IMG/VR virus record: IMGVR_UViG_3300025889_000505
Span: 1 to 33,101 of that record
Direction: 5' to 3' (one strand)
Length of the DNA: 33,101 nt
From: a virus
Lineage: Duplodnaviria > Caudoviricetes
Shown: positions 1 through 8,858 of the stretch, one piece after another
Position numbering within the stretch: the first letter of the stretch is position 1
How the letters are laid out: each line of letters begins with the position of its first letter
Program-made: the position numbers and the translations under genes
Notes under the pieces: generated by a model
Databases searched by the model: none
Seen by the model: only the letters and a program-made list of their open reading frames with translations
Told to the model about the DNA's origin: nothing

Positions 1-22
1 CTCCAAACTCTACTTCTGCCAT
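1..22 (-). CDS. 5' end of a gene running off the window (MAEVEFG...), continuation of the secreted-protein operon
   Basis: ATG at 22-20, two bases after the stop of the 25..477 gene, with a GAGGAG Shine-Dalgarno just upstream. Confidence 0.6.
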
Positions 23-24
23 GT

Positions 25-477
25 TTACTCCTCGTCATCGGCAAACTGCAAACTTCGCAGTTGCGCGACCTCTGCCTGTAGTCTTTGTATCTCTAGTCTT
101 CTTCGCTCAAGTTCGAGTTTATAGAGAGTGTTACAGTTCAGACGTTCTTTGGGTTTATCAAGCGGAATGGTTAGTTTCGCATAAACCCCAACATCTTTGA
201 CCAACCCATCAGGATTATATCCTGGTGGATTCTCATAAGCACCTCCGTAGAGACTGCTATAAGGTCCGTTCTGGTTTAGAATGCCGATAACACCAAACTC
301 AACGGTGGTAGCACCGCCGATAGCATTCGCACATTCTAGTTGCCCAGCACGTACTCTGTCTTGCGCGTATGAACCTGGTGTGTTGGGTAATGCCAAGTTC
401 AAAGAACTCGACTCACCAAATGCACGTTCACACGCAACCACTAATAACACTAATACTAATATTCTCATAAGTTTCAT
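25..477 (-). CDS. secreted hypothetical protein with Cys-bracketed beta-rich segment and C-terminal coiled coil
   Basis: ATG 477 overlaps the upstream stop (ATGA); signal peptide MKLMRILVLVLLVVACERAFG; alternating strands TVEFGVIG and VGVYAKLTIPL between two Cys; heptad-like tail LELERRRLEIQRLQAEVAQL. Confidence 0.8.
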   Translation of the reverse strand: MKLMRILVLVLLVVACERAFGESSSLNLALPNTPGSYAQDRVRAGQLECANAIGGATTVEFGVIGILNQNGPYSSLYGGAYENPPGYNPDGLVKDVGVYAKLTIPLDKPKERLNCNTLYKLELERRRLEIQRLQAEVAQLRSLQFADDEE

Positions 478-851
478 TTCACTTTCGAGCAAATCCTCGA
501 AGCCATTATTGACCGTGTAGATCCGTCTTGGAGTGTCAGAGACTTAGTGCAAATATAAGTCACATCCTTTCTCTTACTCTCCTGAATATAGACATCAAAT
601 CTCTTTGTATCAAGATACTCTACATTAATTACTTTCCCGCCTGAGACGATAAACGGAACCTTGTTCCATTCACTGTCATAGACGCCCACTCTATAATACC
701 GAATATCATCTCTTTTATTGAACAATCGCATACTCGCTTTCAACACACCCATTTGATGAGTTGTTTCCAACTTCGGATATGTTGGAGTAAATTCGTGGGC
801 AAGTGAGACTTGCCCACAGATCATTGTCAATATTAGAATGATGTATTTCAT
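474..851 (-). CDS. secreted protein resembling the N-terminal Ig domain of fimbrial/pilus chaperones
   Basis: Start reassigned to ATG 851 (AAGGA RBS); signal peptide MKYIILILTMICGQVSLA; mature HEFTPTYPKL...MRLFNKRDDIRYYRVGVYD pattern resembles a PapD-like N-domain; C-terminal Cys pair. Confidence 0.6.
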   Translation of the reverse strand: MKYIILILTMICGQVSLAHEFTPTYPKLETTHQMGVLKASMRLFNKRDDIRYYRVGVYDSEWNKVPFIVSGGKVINVEYLDTKRFDVYIQESKRKDVTYICTKSLTLQDGSTRSIMASRICSKVK

Positions 852-862
852 ATGATTTTCCT

Positions 863-1366
863 TTAGATTGCGATACACTCGGCAGTTACTACTGCTTGGT
901 ATTGACCTCCCGGAAATGCCTTGTTGTATCCATAGTCTGCCTCTGACTCTACTCTGAACCACGTAGAACCAGCGATAGACAAGTCTACCTCAGTGACGTT
1001 ATCATATTCAACTTTATTGTTATCATAGGCAGACATCCCAGCGTCTGATACTTGATCAACTGATGTAGAACCAGTCCAAGTAACAGTATCGCTCAGGTTC
1101 GGGGATTCGGAAAAGGAAGTAGGATGGGTAATTCTTGCCATATAATAATCAGCTTGAATTACATCATACCGTACAACCGGATGCACACCACCATCAGCAC
1201 TTGCCGTAGACAAGGTTTCGGGTGATGCGTTCCCGTAAACTCCCGCAGTGTCTTGCGTTACGATGCACTTAGATTCCACAGTACCACTAATAGGAATCTC
1301 TTCCGCAAACGCACTAGCACAAAAGGTCACCAATACCGCCAATAATGTAAAAGTTTTATTAAGCAT
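863..1366 (-). CDS. secreted pilin-like (chaperone-usher/Csu-type Ig fold) protein
   Basis: AGGGAG RBS; signal peptide ending AFA; N-terminal IPISGTVESKC and C-terminal PGGQYQAVVTAEC resemble fimbrial subunit first and last strands; 167 aa, acidic, beta-rich. Confidence 0.6.
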   Translation of the reverse strand: MLNKTFTLLAVLVTFCASAFAEEIPISGTVESKCIVTQDTAGVYGNASPETLSTASADGGVHPVVRYDVIQADYYMARITHPTSFSESPNLSDTVTWTGSTSVDQVSDAGMSAYDNNKVEYDNVTEVDLSIAGSTWFRVESEADYGYNKAFPGGQYQAVVTAECIAI

Positions 1367-1390
1367 TGCTGCTCTCCCTTTTTGGTTTGT

Positions 1391-2281
1391 TTACTTTTCA
1401 TACTGTAGTCGGACCATCTCTGCGTGTCGAAGTTCCGACGCGAAAGACTGTCTCAATCCTCTCGTGTTAGATGGCAACTTGCCGCCAGGAGGCATAACCC
1501 CATCTGGCAAATTACCACCTCTCAGTTGAGTCTGGTAAGAAGCAGGTAGTGACATCATCGTTGCTAATTGATCATGAATTAATTGCTGAGTAGCAGACAA
1601 TTCATTGTCGATGATAACACCAAGAAGTTGTTCCAACCTTTCATCAACTTCTTCTGCCGCTTCTTTTAATTTTGCTCTTTGTTTTTCTTTTTCTTCATCC
1701 TCTTGTGCTTTCATATTTGCTTTACGATCAAGTTCATCCTGCACGTAATCGTCATCAAGAGGATCTTTTGCCGCAACCTCTAAGATTTCTAATGCGAACG
1801 GGTCAACATAACCTGGGCAATTTGGATTTGACTGAGGGTCGAAACAAGGATCGTACTTGTATGTGTAGAACACCTCTGCGTCTGTAACAGATCCGGTTCC
1901 TTCGACTTCAATCGATCCTGGACCCCAATAAGAAATATCAATGAAATCTATTGGCACTGCTTTATTGATTGAGTTGCCTGGAATGCCTGACCAGTCGTCT
2001 GATGCTCTGAAAATATAACCCGGACCACGTGCGTTCTCGTTCTGCACGTGCACGATCATATCGTCAGCGGGATCTTTGACAGTGGTATAACGATACACCA
2101 CGTTACTAACCTGCAATCCTGCTTGTTGTGGAAGAACGTTGGTCATTACCCAACGCAATCCAAAAGCAGCAGCATTGTTAGTCGTGCCGTATTGTGTACT
2201 GGTATCGAAATGCTCGCTAGAGAAGCAATAAGACGAGTAAACCAGAAACAGCAGCACCGCCAAGCAGCGTCTTAGTACCAT
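1391..2281 (-). CDS. secreted hypothetical protein (beta-sandwich N-domain, DPC...CPGY motif, acidic coiled coil)
   Basis: 296 aa ORF; signal peptide MVLRRCLAVLLFLVYSSYCFS; YDPCFDPQSNPNCPGY; charged helical region. Confidence 0.8.
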   Translation of the reverse strand: MVLRRCLAVLLFLVYSSYCFSSEHFDTSTQYGTTNNAAAFGLRWVMTNVLPQQAGLQVSNVVYRYTTVKDPADDMIVHVQNENARGPGYIFRASDDWSGIPGNSINKAVPIDFIDISYWGPGSIEVEGTGSVTDAEVFYTYKYDPCFDPQSNPNCPGYVDPFALEILEVAAKDPLDDDYVQDELDRKANMKAQEDEEKEKQRAKLKEAAEEVDERLEQLLGVIIDNELSATQQLIHDQLATMMSLPASYQTQLRGGNLPDGVMPPGGKLPSNTRGLRQSFASELRHAEMVRLQYEK

Positions 2282-2777
2282 CTTTCATCCCTTCCTTTTC
2301 TTTAACTCCGGGTTGTGCTTCTTCATTGGTAATCCATGCTGCTTTTGCCTGATCGCCGATAAGTCCATCATATGGACACGGTGTTCCTGCCATCATCATC
2401 GCATCAAAGACTCGTTTGTCTTGACACATTGTAGAAACTGCCGCAACCTTCATACCCATATCGTATAAAGTCTTGGACAGTTTGAGCCGTTCACAGTTCT
2501 CGTCGGTAACCTGAGTTCCCGTTGAGATGCCTAGAATTTGTGTTTGAATTGCACCCGCAACCCCAAACGTACATAAGTCTGAATTCGACGTATTGATCGT
2601 TGGAGTAATAGCAGACGCGGGTGGCGACTTTAAAGTCGTTGTCGTTGTGCTTGTTGTATTCACGTTGCTGTCTGTGATAGACTCAGTTCGAATCAAATTC
2701 TCATCAAGAGGTTGAGATTCTTGTCCAAAAGTCACACTCGCACAGAAAGCCATAACAAAGAATAGTAAATATCTCAT
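2217..2777 (-). CDS. secreted, C-terminally anchored hypothetical protein with four Cys
   Basis: AGGA RBS 8 nt before ATG 2777; signal peptide; Thr/Ser linker; PPASA...C(x25)C...C...CP; hydrophobic C-terminus LLGGAAVSGLLVLLLL. Confidence 0.8.
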   Translation of the reverse strand: MRYLLFFVMAFCASVTFGQESQPLDENLIRTESITDSNVNTTSTTTTTLKSPPASAITPTINTSNSDLCTFGVAGAIQTQILGISTGTQVTDENCERLKLSKTLYDMGMKVAAVSTMCQDKRVFDAMMMAGTPCPYDGLIGDQAKAAWITNEEAQPGVKEKEGMKDGTKTLLGGAAVSGLLVLLLL

Positions 2778-2807
2778 TACTAACATCCTAAGTTATAATG
2801 TCAGATA

Positions 2808-2815
2808 TATTTATA
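2808..2815 (-). promoter_or_regulatory. T4-type late promoter TATAAATA
   Basis: Exact consensus in the intergenic gap upstream of the secreted operon. Confidence 0.8.
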
Positions 2816-2819
2816 TGAT

Positions 2820-4382
2820 TTAGTCTTCAACCCAAGACATTGATACGTCAGATCGTTGAATTTGGTTAGAACTACGAACTAAGATACTTACATCGCTATT
2901 GGGGGGAATAGCAAACCGTAATTCTTCGAGATTGATAGAAGCAGTACCACCACCATCAACACCAAAAATATACGCTACTCTTTCTGGTAAGGTAACAACA
3001 CTTTCAGTTTTAGATTCTGCAACAGAAGACCATTCAGAAATAGAATTAAAAGTTCTACCCGTAATAGGTGCATCTATTACTAAAGCAACTTGAACACCAG
3101 CAGTGGAGTTAAAAGATGCTGTCACATTTTTAACCAACAATTCTCTGGTATTAATCTTATCTCTGTGAATAAGTTTGTTATGAGCAGTGAGTAAATGATG
3201 CCAGTCGGATTGCGTTAAAGTGGAAGAAGTAGTAAAGAAGGATGAATTAGTAGGTTTGGTTGTTTCGATAAGTCCTTCGATAGCACCCATCATCGATGCA
3301 CCAGAAACTGTAACGTTAGTTCCTGTTCCACCTAAACTGTATGCAACGTATCCAATCTTAAATGATGGGTTGTCAATGTGAACGTCAGTATTTTCATTTG
3401 CATAGTGTTCGTGATGAAACACTATCATTTTTCCATCATCAGATTCTACGGCATATTGAATTGTACCAACACCTAACCAACGAAAGTTGATTTGATACAC
3501 ATTAAGTTTGGTAGGATCAATGATCATACCAGAAGGACCAGTACCATCTAATTTATCGTGAATGAAATCAGATTGATAGGTCCAATTCTCTGTTTGCGCT
3601 ACACCTGTTTGTGAGACTACATCAGCAAAAGTAGAAGTACCAGCACCATTACGAACTACAGTAAATGCTCCTAACTTTGGTCCCAATGAAGAAGATAAAA
3701 GGTAAATATCAGCATCGTATTGATCAACAACCCAAGAAGGAAATGCTGCTTCTATACCAGCAGCAAGTGAGGAAGCATTGGCACTAACATTAGTGCCAGT
3801 CATCACAATTGTTTCTGTGGTTCCGTCTAGGGTCACGTCAACGTTTTCGGTTCCACCAGCAGCACCAGTCACCGTAATCTTATGAATGTGTGCTTTACCA
3901 CCATTGGCTCGCATCACTCCAAAATTTTCGCCGTTATATCCAATCTGCAGTGCTTGTTCTTGAATAAAGAAACCAGCACGTTGAGTATACAGAGCAACGG
4001 GACCAGTGAACATAGCAGTAAATCTTGCCTGTGCACCTTGTCCGGGACGATAACGAACTGCTCGTTTGCTACGAATAACACCATAACCCCCAAGAGAGGT
4101 TCCGGACCCTACTTGCATTAAGGTTCCTGTGGTGGTTGCAGTTCCTACTGGATCTCCATTTAGAAAAGCACCAGTATAAGTTTCGAACTGAAGAGGATCT
4201 AGTCCATACAACCCATCCAATTGCAGAACGGGTGTAACAGGTACAGAAATGGGTTCACCAAAGGCAGAAACAGCAGTAGCAGATGCTTCTACGCTACCAG
4301 TAGCATCTGCCAACATAACGACTTCATAGAGTTTATCGTTATTAGACAACAATCTATTTTGCGGTTTATTAAAAATTGCCAT
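2820..4382 (-). CDS. putative virion structural protein (beta-rich, Gly/Thr-rich)
   Basis: 520 aa ORF with its own late promoter; SAFGEP and RYRPGQG motifs; composition typical of structural proteins. Confidence 0.6.
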   Translation of the reverse strand: MAIFNKPQNRLLSNNDKLYEVVMLADATGSVEASATAVSAFGEPISVPVTPVLQLDGLYGLDPLQFETYTGAFLNGDPVGTATTTGTLMQVGSGTSLGGYGVIRSKRAVRYRPGQGAQARFTAMFTGPVALYTQRAGFFIQEQALQIGYNGENFGVMRANGGKAHIHKITVTGAAGGTENVDVTLDGTTETIVMTGTNVSANASSLAAGIEAAFPSWVVDQYDADIYLLSSSLGPKLGAFTVVRNGAGTSTFADVVSQTGVAQTENWTYQSDFIHDKLDGTGPSGMIIDPTKLNVYQINFRWLGVGTIQYAVESDDGKMIVFHHEHYANENTDVHIDNPSFKIGYVAYSLGGTGTNVTVSGASMMGAIEGLIETTKPTNSSFFTTSSTLTQSDWHHLLTAHNKLIHRDKINTRELLVKNVTASFNSTAGVQVALVIDAPITGRTFNSISEWSSVAESKTESVVTLPERVAYIFGVDGGGTASINLEELRFAIPPNSDVSILVRSSNQIQRSDVSMSWVED

Positions 4383-4408
4383 TAGTAAATCCAGTCAGAA
4401 TACTAATC

Positions 4409-4416
4409 TATTTATA
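4409..4416 (-). promoter_or_regulatory. T4-type late promoter TATAAATA
   Basis: Exact consensus 26 nt upstream of ATG 4382. Confidence 0.8.
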
Positions 4417-5451
4417 CTAAACTAGATGTGGCATGTCTTTTATAAAAACTGTTTTCTTTTTTTCAGGCGGTTTATATTTTTTATTTTTCGTTACCCAATC
4501 ATGCTCTATAATAGCCAACATAGTTTTCCAATCAGTTGTTCCATAAACTCTTCCGTTTGGATTTAACATATTGTACCATCCTAAACTTCTAAAAGCAGGA
4601 AGATCAGAAAACGGACCGTCGGGATTACCCCACTGCCAAACTTCGTCTCCAAAATATGATGACAAACAACCATTACCTCCATTTAGAGTAACAATGTACT
4701 TTGCTTTTGCTAACATGTGCATTTGAACTACATTATATGGCAGTCCAGTTTCTTCTTGAAAGTCATAGAGCGTTTTACACTTATGCTTATTTGCCATTAT
4801 TTGATAATCATTATAGTTGTTATCTATTGGTGGATGTCGATCATCAGTGTAGTCAGAAGCATTTCCTTTGTTGTGTCTAATATACCAAATATCATACATG
4901 TCCTTAAATTTTTTACAGAACAAATCCATAAATTCATAACTGAAAAAATTGATAGGTTTTGGTGGATAAAATTCCAAATTATATTTGTTGTTCAATATAA
5001 TTACAGGTTTTTCACCCGCGACAATTGGATTATTTCTTGAGTAAATCTCTTTGTATGGTGGAATCATCCACTCAGGTCCGAACTGGATGTAAGGATTAAT
5101 CTCTTTTAGGAAAACATTCAAATCTAGTGGGGGATTTTTAGTTCTTCCCTGATTGATTCCAAAATATCTGTTAAAAATCGGGTCGCCTTCGTATGTAAAA
5201 AAATGTTCGTCTTTTAACCAAGGAAAAAATGGTTTTGCTGATGGATGAGAAATCACATCATGTTCTATACCATGCAGATGGTAGTAATATGATTTTCCAG
5301 AATATTGTGTCCAAACAAAAGACCATTCACAAACAGCATTTATTTGTTTTTCAGAAGTCATTCGTTTTCTGACTTCGTCTATTCTCGGATCGTCAAACCA
5401 CCAAATAGGATCGTCAGTCTTCTCGAGGTTGCTCTTCCATTTTTCCGCCAT
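4417..5451 (-). CDS. putative GT-B-type glycosyltransferase, paralog 2
   Basis: KPVIILNNKYN...WYIRH...QMHMLAKAKYIVTLNGGNGCLSSYFG resembles GT-B C-terminal domains; paralogous to 5414..6505; downstream of rmlB. Confidence 0.55.
   Translation of the reverse strand: MAEKWKSNLEKTDDPIWWFDDPRIDEVRKRMTSEKQINAVCEWSFVWTQYSGKSYYYHLHGIEHDVISHPSAKPFFPWLKDEHFFTYEGDPIFNRYFGINQGRTKNPPLDLNVFLKEINPYIQFGPEWMIPPYKEIYSRNNPIVAGEKPVIILNNKYNLEFYPPKPINFFSYEFMDLFCKKFKDMYDIWYIRHNKGNASDYTDDRHPPIDNNYNDYQIMANKHKCKTLYDFQEETGLPYNVVQMHMLAKAKYIVTLNGGNGCLSSYFGDEVWQWGNPDGPFSDLPAFRSLGWYNMLNPNGRVYGTTDWKTMLAIIEHDWVTKNKKYKPPEKKKTVFIKDMPHLV
4688..4755. repeat. 68-bp direct repeat, copy 1 (67/68 identical to 5772..5839)
   Basis: gtaacaatgtactttgcttttgctaacatgt(g/a)catttgaactacattatatggcagtccagtttcttc occurs in both paralogs. 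Confidence 0.9.
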
Positions 5452-6505
5452 TTAAATAAACTCCTCTTTTTCTAAAACCAGACTTAAATCCAAATCTTTT
5501 TTTAAATCCTATTCCGCGATATCTAGGTGAAGTTTCATTTAACACAAACGGTTTTTCTTTCTGTATCCAATTATGCTTTAATATTATCAACAAGTGTTCT
5601 AGATTACTAGTAGAATACACTGCATTGTTTTTATTGAATAGGTTTATCCAACTTCCATTTTGATGAATTTGTGCACCAGCGTACCCGCTCAAGTCTCTAT
5701 CCCCTCCTCTATGATATTGCCAAACTTCTTCTCCGAAAAAAGAAGAAAGAACTGCATTTCCAGCATTTACTGTAACAATGTACTTTGCTTTTGCTAACAT
5801 GTACATTTGAACTACATTATATGGCAGTCCAGTTTCTTCGATAAGATCATATATGGTAGTGAAGTTAAATTTTTTTGCGATTCGATAGTCGGCATAATCC
5901 TTGGCAGCAACATCATCATGATATCCTGTTCCACCATTATATCTTATGTACCATATTTCATATTTTTCAGTAAAATTCTTACCGAATTGATCTAGGAACC
6001 AGGGTGGAAAATAATTGTGCGGGTTATGTTTCCATTCGACTTGGTATTTATTATTCAATACAATGATAGGTTTTTTTGTTTCCCTTAATGGATTGTTTTT
6101 AGAGTAGAATTCGCGATAAGGAGGAATTGCCCAACAAGGTCCCCACTCTTTATATGGATTACAATCTCCTAGTATGTTTGGTAGCAATAAAGGAACATCT
6201 TGTCCAGAACATCCGTGACGATGTCCTGAGTGAAATTTATATTCAATAGGATATGTGTAAAATTGATCTGGGGTTAACCATGGAAAAAATGCTTGAGAGT
6301 GTGGATGACAAAATACTGCATGATCTACGCCCAGCAAATGATAAGAATAAGATCTTCCAGCATACTGAGTAAAGATATGCGTATATTCACTCAATGCTCG
6401 AATCTTTAATTTTTTAGGAATAGCATCAAATAATTCGTCAGCAACAACTGTTTCTGGTCTTACTTGTAAATGATCTGGTAACGGTGCATTATGAATTAAA
6501 GCCAT
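5414..6505 (-). CDS. putative GT-B-type glycosyltransferase, paralog 1
   Basis: KPIIVLNNKYQ...WYIRY...QMYMLAKAKYIVTVNAGNAVLSSFFG; overlaps the rmlB stop. Confidence 0.55.
   Translation of the reverse strand: MALIHNAPLPDHLQVRPETVVADELFDAIPKKLKIRALSEYTHIFTQYAGRSYSYHLLGVDHAVFCHPHSQAFFPWLTPDQFYTYPIEYKFHSGHRHGCSGQDVPLLLPNILGDCNPYKEWGPCWAIPPYREFYSKNNPLRETKKPIIVLNNKYQVEWKHNPHNYFPPWFLDQFGKNFTEKYEIWYIRYNGGTGYHDDVAAKDYADYRIAKKFNFTTIYDLIEETGLPYNVVQMYMLAKAKYIVTVNAGNAVLSSFFGEEVWQYHRGGDRDLSGYAGAQIHQNGSWINLFNKNNAVYSTSNLEHLLIILKHNWIQKEKPFVLNETSPRYRGIGFKKRFGFKSGFRKRGVYLNGGKMEEQPRED
5772..5839. repeat. 68-bp direct repeat, copy 2
   Basis: One mismatch to 4688..4755. Confidence 0.9.
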
Positions 6506-7503
6506 CTATCGTTTTCCAACGTCCAACTAACAACTTGTGCAATTCGTTCGCTGAGTTTTATAGAGGGTTTCCAACCCAATTCTTCTAGAAGTCCTCCATC
6601 CAATGCATATCTTAAATCATGTCCAGGGCGACTCGAATGAAAATCTGTCATTTCATAATCTAGAGGTTTATTAATAGAACGAGCAATCATTTTTGCCAAC
6701 TCTAAATTATCAATTTCTTCAGTTCCAACCAAATTAAATTTAGGGCACATTCCTTCAACCGTGTAGTCTGTTAGGTTTAGAATAAACAACAAACCTTCAG
6801 CAACATCTTTAGCATGAATATACATTCTTGAACCAGGAATTGTTCTTGTTCTGTCTGAATGTATTATTACTTTTTGGTTGTCTCTAACTTTCCTAATTGT
6901 TCCAGGAATAAATTTTTCTGGATGTTGCCTTTCGCCAAAAACGTTCATCGTATGAGTCACTTTTATTGGCATCTTATAAGTGTTTTCATAAGCAACGCAA
7001 AACTCTTCTCCTGCTGCTTTGCTTGCGCTATATGGATTTGTTGAGTTGTAGCGATCGTATTCTTTGTAAGCAACTCCGGGTGGAGCAACACCAAATATTT
7101 CATCTGTGCTGAAATACACAAAATCTGAGAGGTTAGTACAATATCTTCTTGCGTATTCTAAGACATTTACTGTAGCAACTACATTATCCATTACGAACTC
7201 CATTGGATAACTTATGCTTCTGTCTACGTGACTCGCAGCTGCGATATGTATTACTTTGTCGATTGGACCAATGTCGGAAACTAGTTGACTGTTAATTTCA
7301 GATTTTAAATCATGAAATATTATCCTTAATCGACTTGATACCATTTTAGCATCATGCTCTTTTAGCATGTCATGTAATCTATTCAGATTACCTGAAATAT
7401 CAAGGCGATCAAGGCAAACAATATTCCAATCTGTTTCGCGTAAAAAATGGTCTATAACATGATGAGCAATAAATCCTGCCCCACCAGTAATCAAAACGTT
7501 CAT
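6496..7503 (-). CDS. rfbB: dTDP-glucose 4,6-dehydratase (extended SDR)
   Basis: ITGGAGFI NAD motif, HIAAASHVDRSI, STDE, PYSASK (YxxxK), RPGHDLRY. Confidence 0.9.
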   Translation of the reverse strand: MNVLITGGAGFIAHHVIDHFLRETDWNIVCLDRLDISGNLNRLHDMLKEHDAKMVSSRLRIIFHDLKSEINSQLVSDIGPIDKVIHIAAASHVDRSISYPMEFVMDNVVATVNVLEYARRYCTNLSDFVYFSTDEIFGVAPPGVAYKEYDRYNSTNPYSASKAAGEEFCVAYENTYKMPIKVTHTMNVFGERQHPEKFIPGTIRKVRDNQKVIIHSDRTRTIPGSRMYIHAKDVAEGLLFILNLTDYTVEGMCPKFNLVGTEEIDNLELAKMIARSINKPLDYEMTDFHSSRPGHDLRYALDGGLLEELGWKPSIKLSERIAQVVSWTLENDRWL

Positions 7504-7550
7504 ATTTTAAATTCTCACTGTTTCTCCAGCATTATATAGGAAGAAAAATA

Positions 7551-7886
7551 TTAGTCCTTTTTTCTACCATTTACAGCATCAGCAGCAAAGAATGCTGAGA
7601 CTAACACTGCAATAGAAGCAAAGTATGTTGGTGCGATATCGGCAATCAGATTTGCTGCCGTATCTAATCCAAGTAGAGATGTGAAAGCAATTCCTACTGG
7701 ATATACTAAAAGACCAAAAAGAGAGAACCATGCCATCTTACGAATGGCATCGCGTTGTGCGTCTTGATCTTCGAGTGCTTTTCTTTTAAATTCCAAATGC
7801 ATATCCCATTCTTCTTGCGAGATATGCCCATCACCATTTGCGTCGATCTGTTTTGCTACTTCGGCGTCAATAGTGTGTTCGGACAT
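7551..7886 (-). CDS. EF-hand-like membrane protein with two TM helices (possibly holin-like)
   Basis: DANGDGHISQEE EF-loop; two hydrophobic segments; basic C-terminus. Confidence 0.65.
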   Translation of the reverse strand: MSEHTIDAEVAKQIDANGDGHISQEEWDMHLEFKRKALEDQDAQRDAIRKMAWFSLFGLLVYPVGIAFTSLLGLDTAANLIADIAPTYFASIAVLVSAFFAADAVNGRKKD

Positions 7887-7889
7887 TTT

Positions 7890-8129
7890 TTACTCCTCTT
7901 CTTCTACATGCTCCTCTTCTACTTGATTTCCATAATAATGATTGACTTCTTCTTCATGAAGTTCGCGTTCAGCAGATGGAGCTTCGGTTAATGTTTGTGG
8001 AACAGGGGCAGGTTGTGCTGCTACCACGGGAGCAGGTTCTTCATCAAGTTTGACGAATTGACCTTTTTGTTTATCATACCACGCTTGTTTCCTTTCAGAC
8101 CAAACGATCCAAGGTTTTTTAGATACCAT
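7890..8129 (-). CDS. hypothetical protein
   Basis: GGAGG RBS; abuts neighbours; basic N-terminus and acidic C-terminus. Confidence 0.7.
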   Translation of the reverse strand: MVSKKPWIVWSERKQAWYDKQKGQFVKLDEEPAPVVAAQPAPVPQTLTEAPSAERELHEEEVNHYYGNQVEEEHVEEEE

Positions 8130-8849
8130 TTAACCCTCCTTTCCTGTAGTGTGCGTAACAGCGCCTTTAACAGGATTTACTATTGACTTATCACCATTGC
8201 CCAATTTGTCGGCAGGACCACGAGCAGGTGAAGGTTTTCCAGCACGACCAGCTTTAGTCGCATCAACGTGACTTTGTGCTTCACGATCGTCTTTATCTTT
8301 GCTTACAGTAGCAAGCATATCTCTTGCAGATTTGGATGCCATTTCTTTATCGGTAATTCCTTCATGATCTGATTTACCGTGACCAGATTTTTTTGGCAAT
8401 CCAAGTTTTTCTGAAATAGCAGAAAGTTCTTCAACGGGAACATTAAATTGAACTTCAGAATCAAACAGCACATCTACTGTACCATCTTCATTTTCTGAAA
8501 GAATTTCCCCGTAACCATACTTGTCATGAACCACTGCTTCTTTGGGTACGCAATTTGGAACCATTCTATCACCTTTCTTTTTCATACCTACTTGCTTATG
8601 AGAATCCCAGCACGCTTCGTCTTTTTCGCATTCGCACTTGTCTTTGCCGCACTTGTCGCAGCAACTTTCTTTTTTCATTGCTTTGCTGATTGCCTTACGA
8701 CGATTGTGCAGGTAGTCGTCAGACTTATCAACGTCTCCGTCGTTATCAATATCAGCATCTGCTTTTCCGACAGGATCAAGTTTTTTATGTTTTTTCTCAA
8801 CAACTTCCTGCCAAGCTGCTGCGATTTTATCTATGATTTTACGATCCAT
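8130..8849 (-). CDS. modular hypothetical protein, probably head-internal (DxDxDG loop, CW...VPNC module, SH3-like module)
   Basis: DIDNDGDVD; CWDSHKQVGMKKKGDRMVPNCV; VVHDKYGYGEI...VDVLF; AGGAG RBS. Confidence 0.7.
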   Translation of the reverse strand: MDRKIIDKIAAAWQEVVEKKHKKLDPVGKADADIDNDGDVDKSDDYLHNRRKAISKAMKKESCCDKCGKDKCECEKDEACWDSHKQVGMKKKGDRMVPNCVPKEAVVHDKYGYGEILSENEDGTVDVLFDSEVQFNVPVEELSAISEKLGLPKKSGHGKSDHEGITDKEMASKSARDMLATVSKDKDDREAQSHVDATKAGRAGKPSPARGPADKLGNGDKSIVNPVKGAVTHTTGKEG

Positions 8850-8858
8850 GTCGTACTC

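Noticed and set aside
4688-5839. 68-bp repeat as a diversity-generating retroelement TR/VR pair
   Set aside because: Only one mismatch, both copies are mid-gene in paralogs, and there is no reverse transcriptase in the window
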